Origin: a bacterium | GTDB lineage: Bacteria; DUMJ01 | Assembly (NCBI GenBank): GCA_014360335.1 | Contig: JACIXS010000123.1 | Coordinates: forward strand, 1 to 53,409 | Length of the DNA: 53,409 bases | Direction: 5' to 3' | Part shown: positions 53,079 to 53,409 of the stretch, in pieces | Position numbering within the stretch: the stretch's first letter is position 1 | How the letters are laid out: the number at the start of each line of letters is the position of its first letter | Notes under the pieces: generated by a model | The model's input: the letters and a program-made list of their open reading frames with translations, nothing else | Databases searched by the model: none | Told to the model about the DNA's origin: nothing | Made by a program: the position numbers and the translations under genes

Positions 53079-53409
53079 GTAGATATAATTAGTCGGATAA
53101 TGTATCTTATGTAAAGTAAAAGAAAAAACTAGTTTTAAACCCAAAATTCTTGTATCTCTTGCTACTATATCTTTCCTTATGATATTCTTATAAAAAATAA
53201 CAAGGATAAATTTTTACTTTATGAGCATAAAGAACTTTTACAGTAGAAACATATACAAAATTTTAAATTCGCTTGGAATTTTTGTTATTATACTATTCTC
53301 CTCTTATCTCGCCTGGGGAACCCTAGAATTCTGGAAAGTAAAAGAAGGCATAATTATGGTTTCTCTAATATTGATAGCTCATATCATTTCCTCTCTAGTT
53401 ATCTCAAGA

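Noticed and set aside
53079-53409. AT-rich terminal region as ncRNA, origin or new CDS (ATG near 53356 open to the window edge)
   Set aside because: No convincing tRNA, riboswitch, DnaA-box cluster or terminator seen, and the open frame is only about 18 codons within the window.

Overview
AT-rich, gene-dense bacterial chromosome segment with no mobile element, RNA gene or CRISPR array that I can detect. The gene content (Firmicutes-style chemotaxis and priA-def-fmt-rsmB-rlmN-pknB order, plus a BamA/Skp/Lpx outer-membrane cluster) suggests a diderm, anaerobic, possibly thermophilic Terrabacteria-type organism; this is inference. (1) 1-11476 (+): end of a flagellar/chemotaxis operon (flhF, flhG, PilZ brake, cheB, cheR, cheA, cheC, cheD, fliA, DUF342) plus a PRC-barrel gene and three uncharacterised genes. 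(2) 11479-20689 (-): a small membrane protein, then an orphan two-domain RAMP (Cas7/Csm3-like) gene directly upstream of hpf and a membrane HD-GYP gene, then EF-G2, an LCP protein and a three-gene PlsA/PlsR(Ger)-like activase/reductase module. (3) 20818-53078 (+): livKHMG (no livF), metK, a degenerate priA, def, fmt lacking a canonical start codon, rsmB, rlmN, a PASTA pseudokinase, split fumarase, upp, wecB, an F-type ATP synthase operon with a delta-alpha fusion and N-ATPase-like subunits, murA, bamA, skp, lpxD, lpxC, fabZ, lpxA, lpxB, an lpxB-like gene and a DUF3084-like gene. The best candidate for an undescribed system is the CRISPR-less tandem RAMP gene heading the hpf/HD-GYP unit. All assignments come from motif recognition by eye; no database searches were run.
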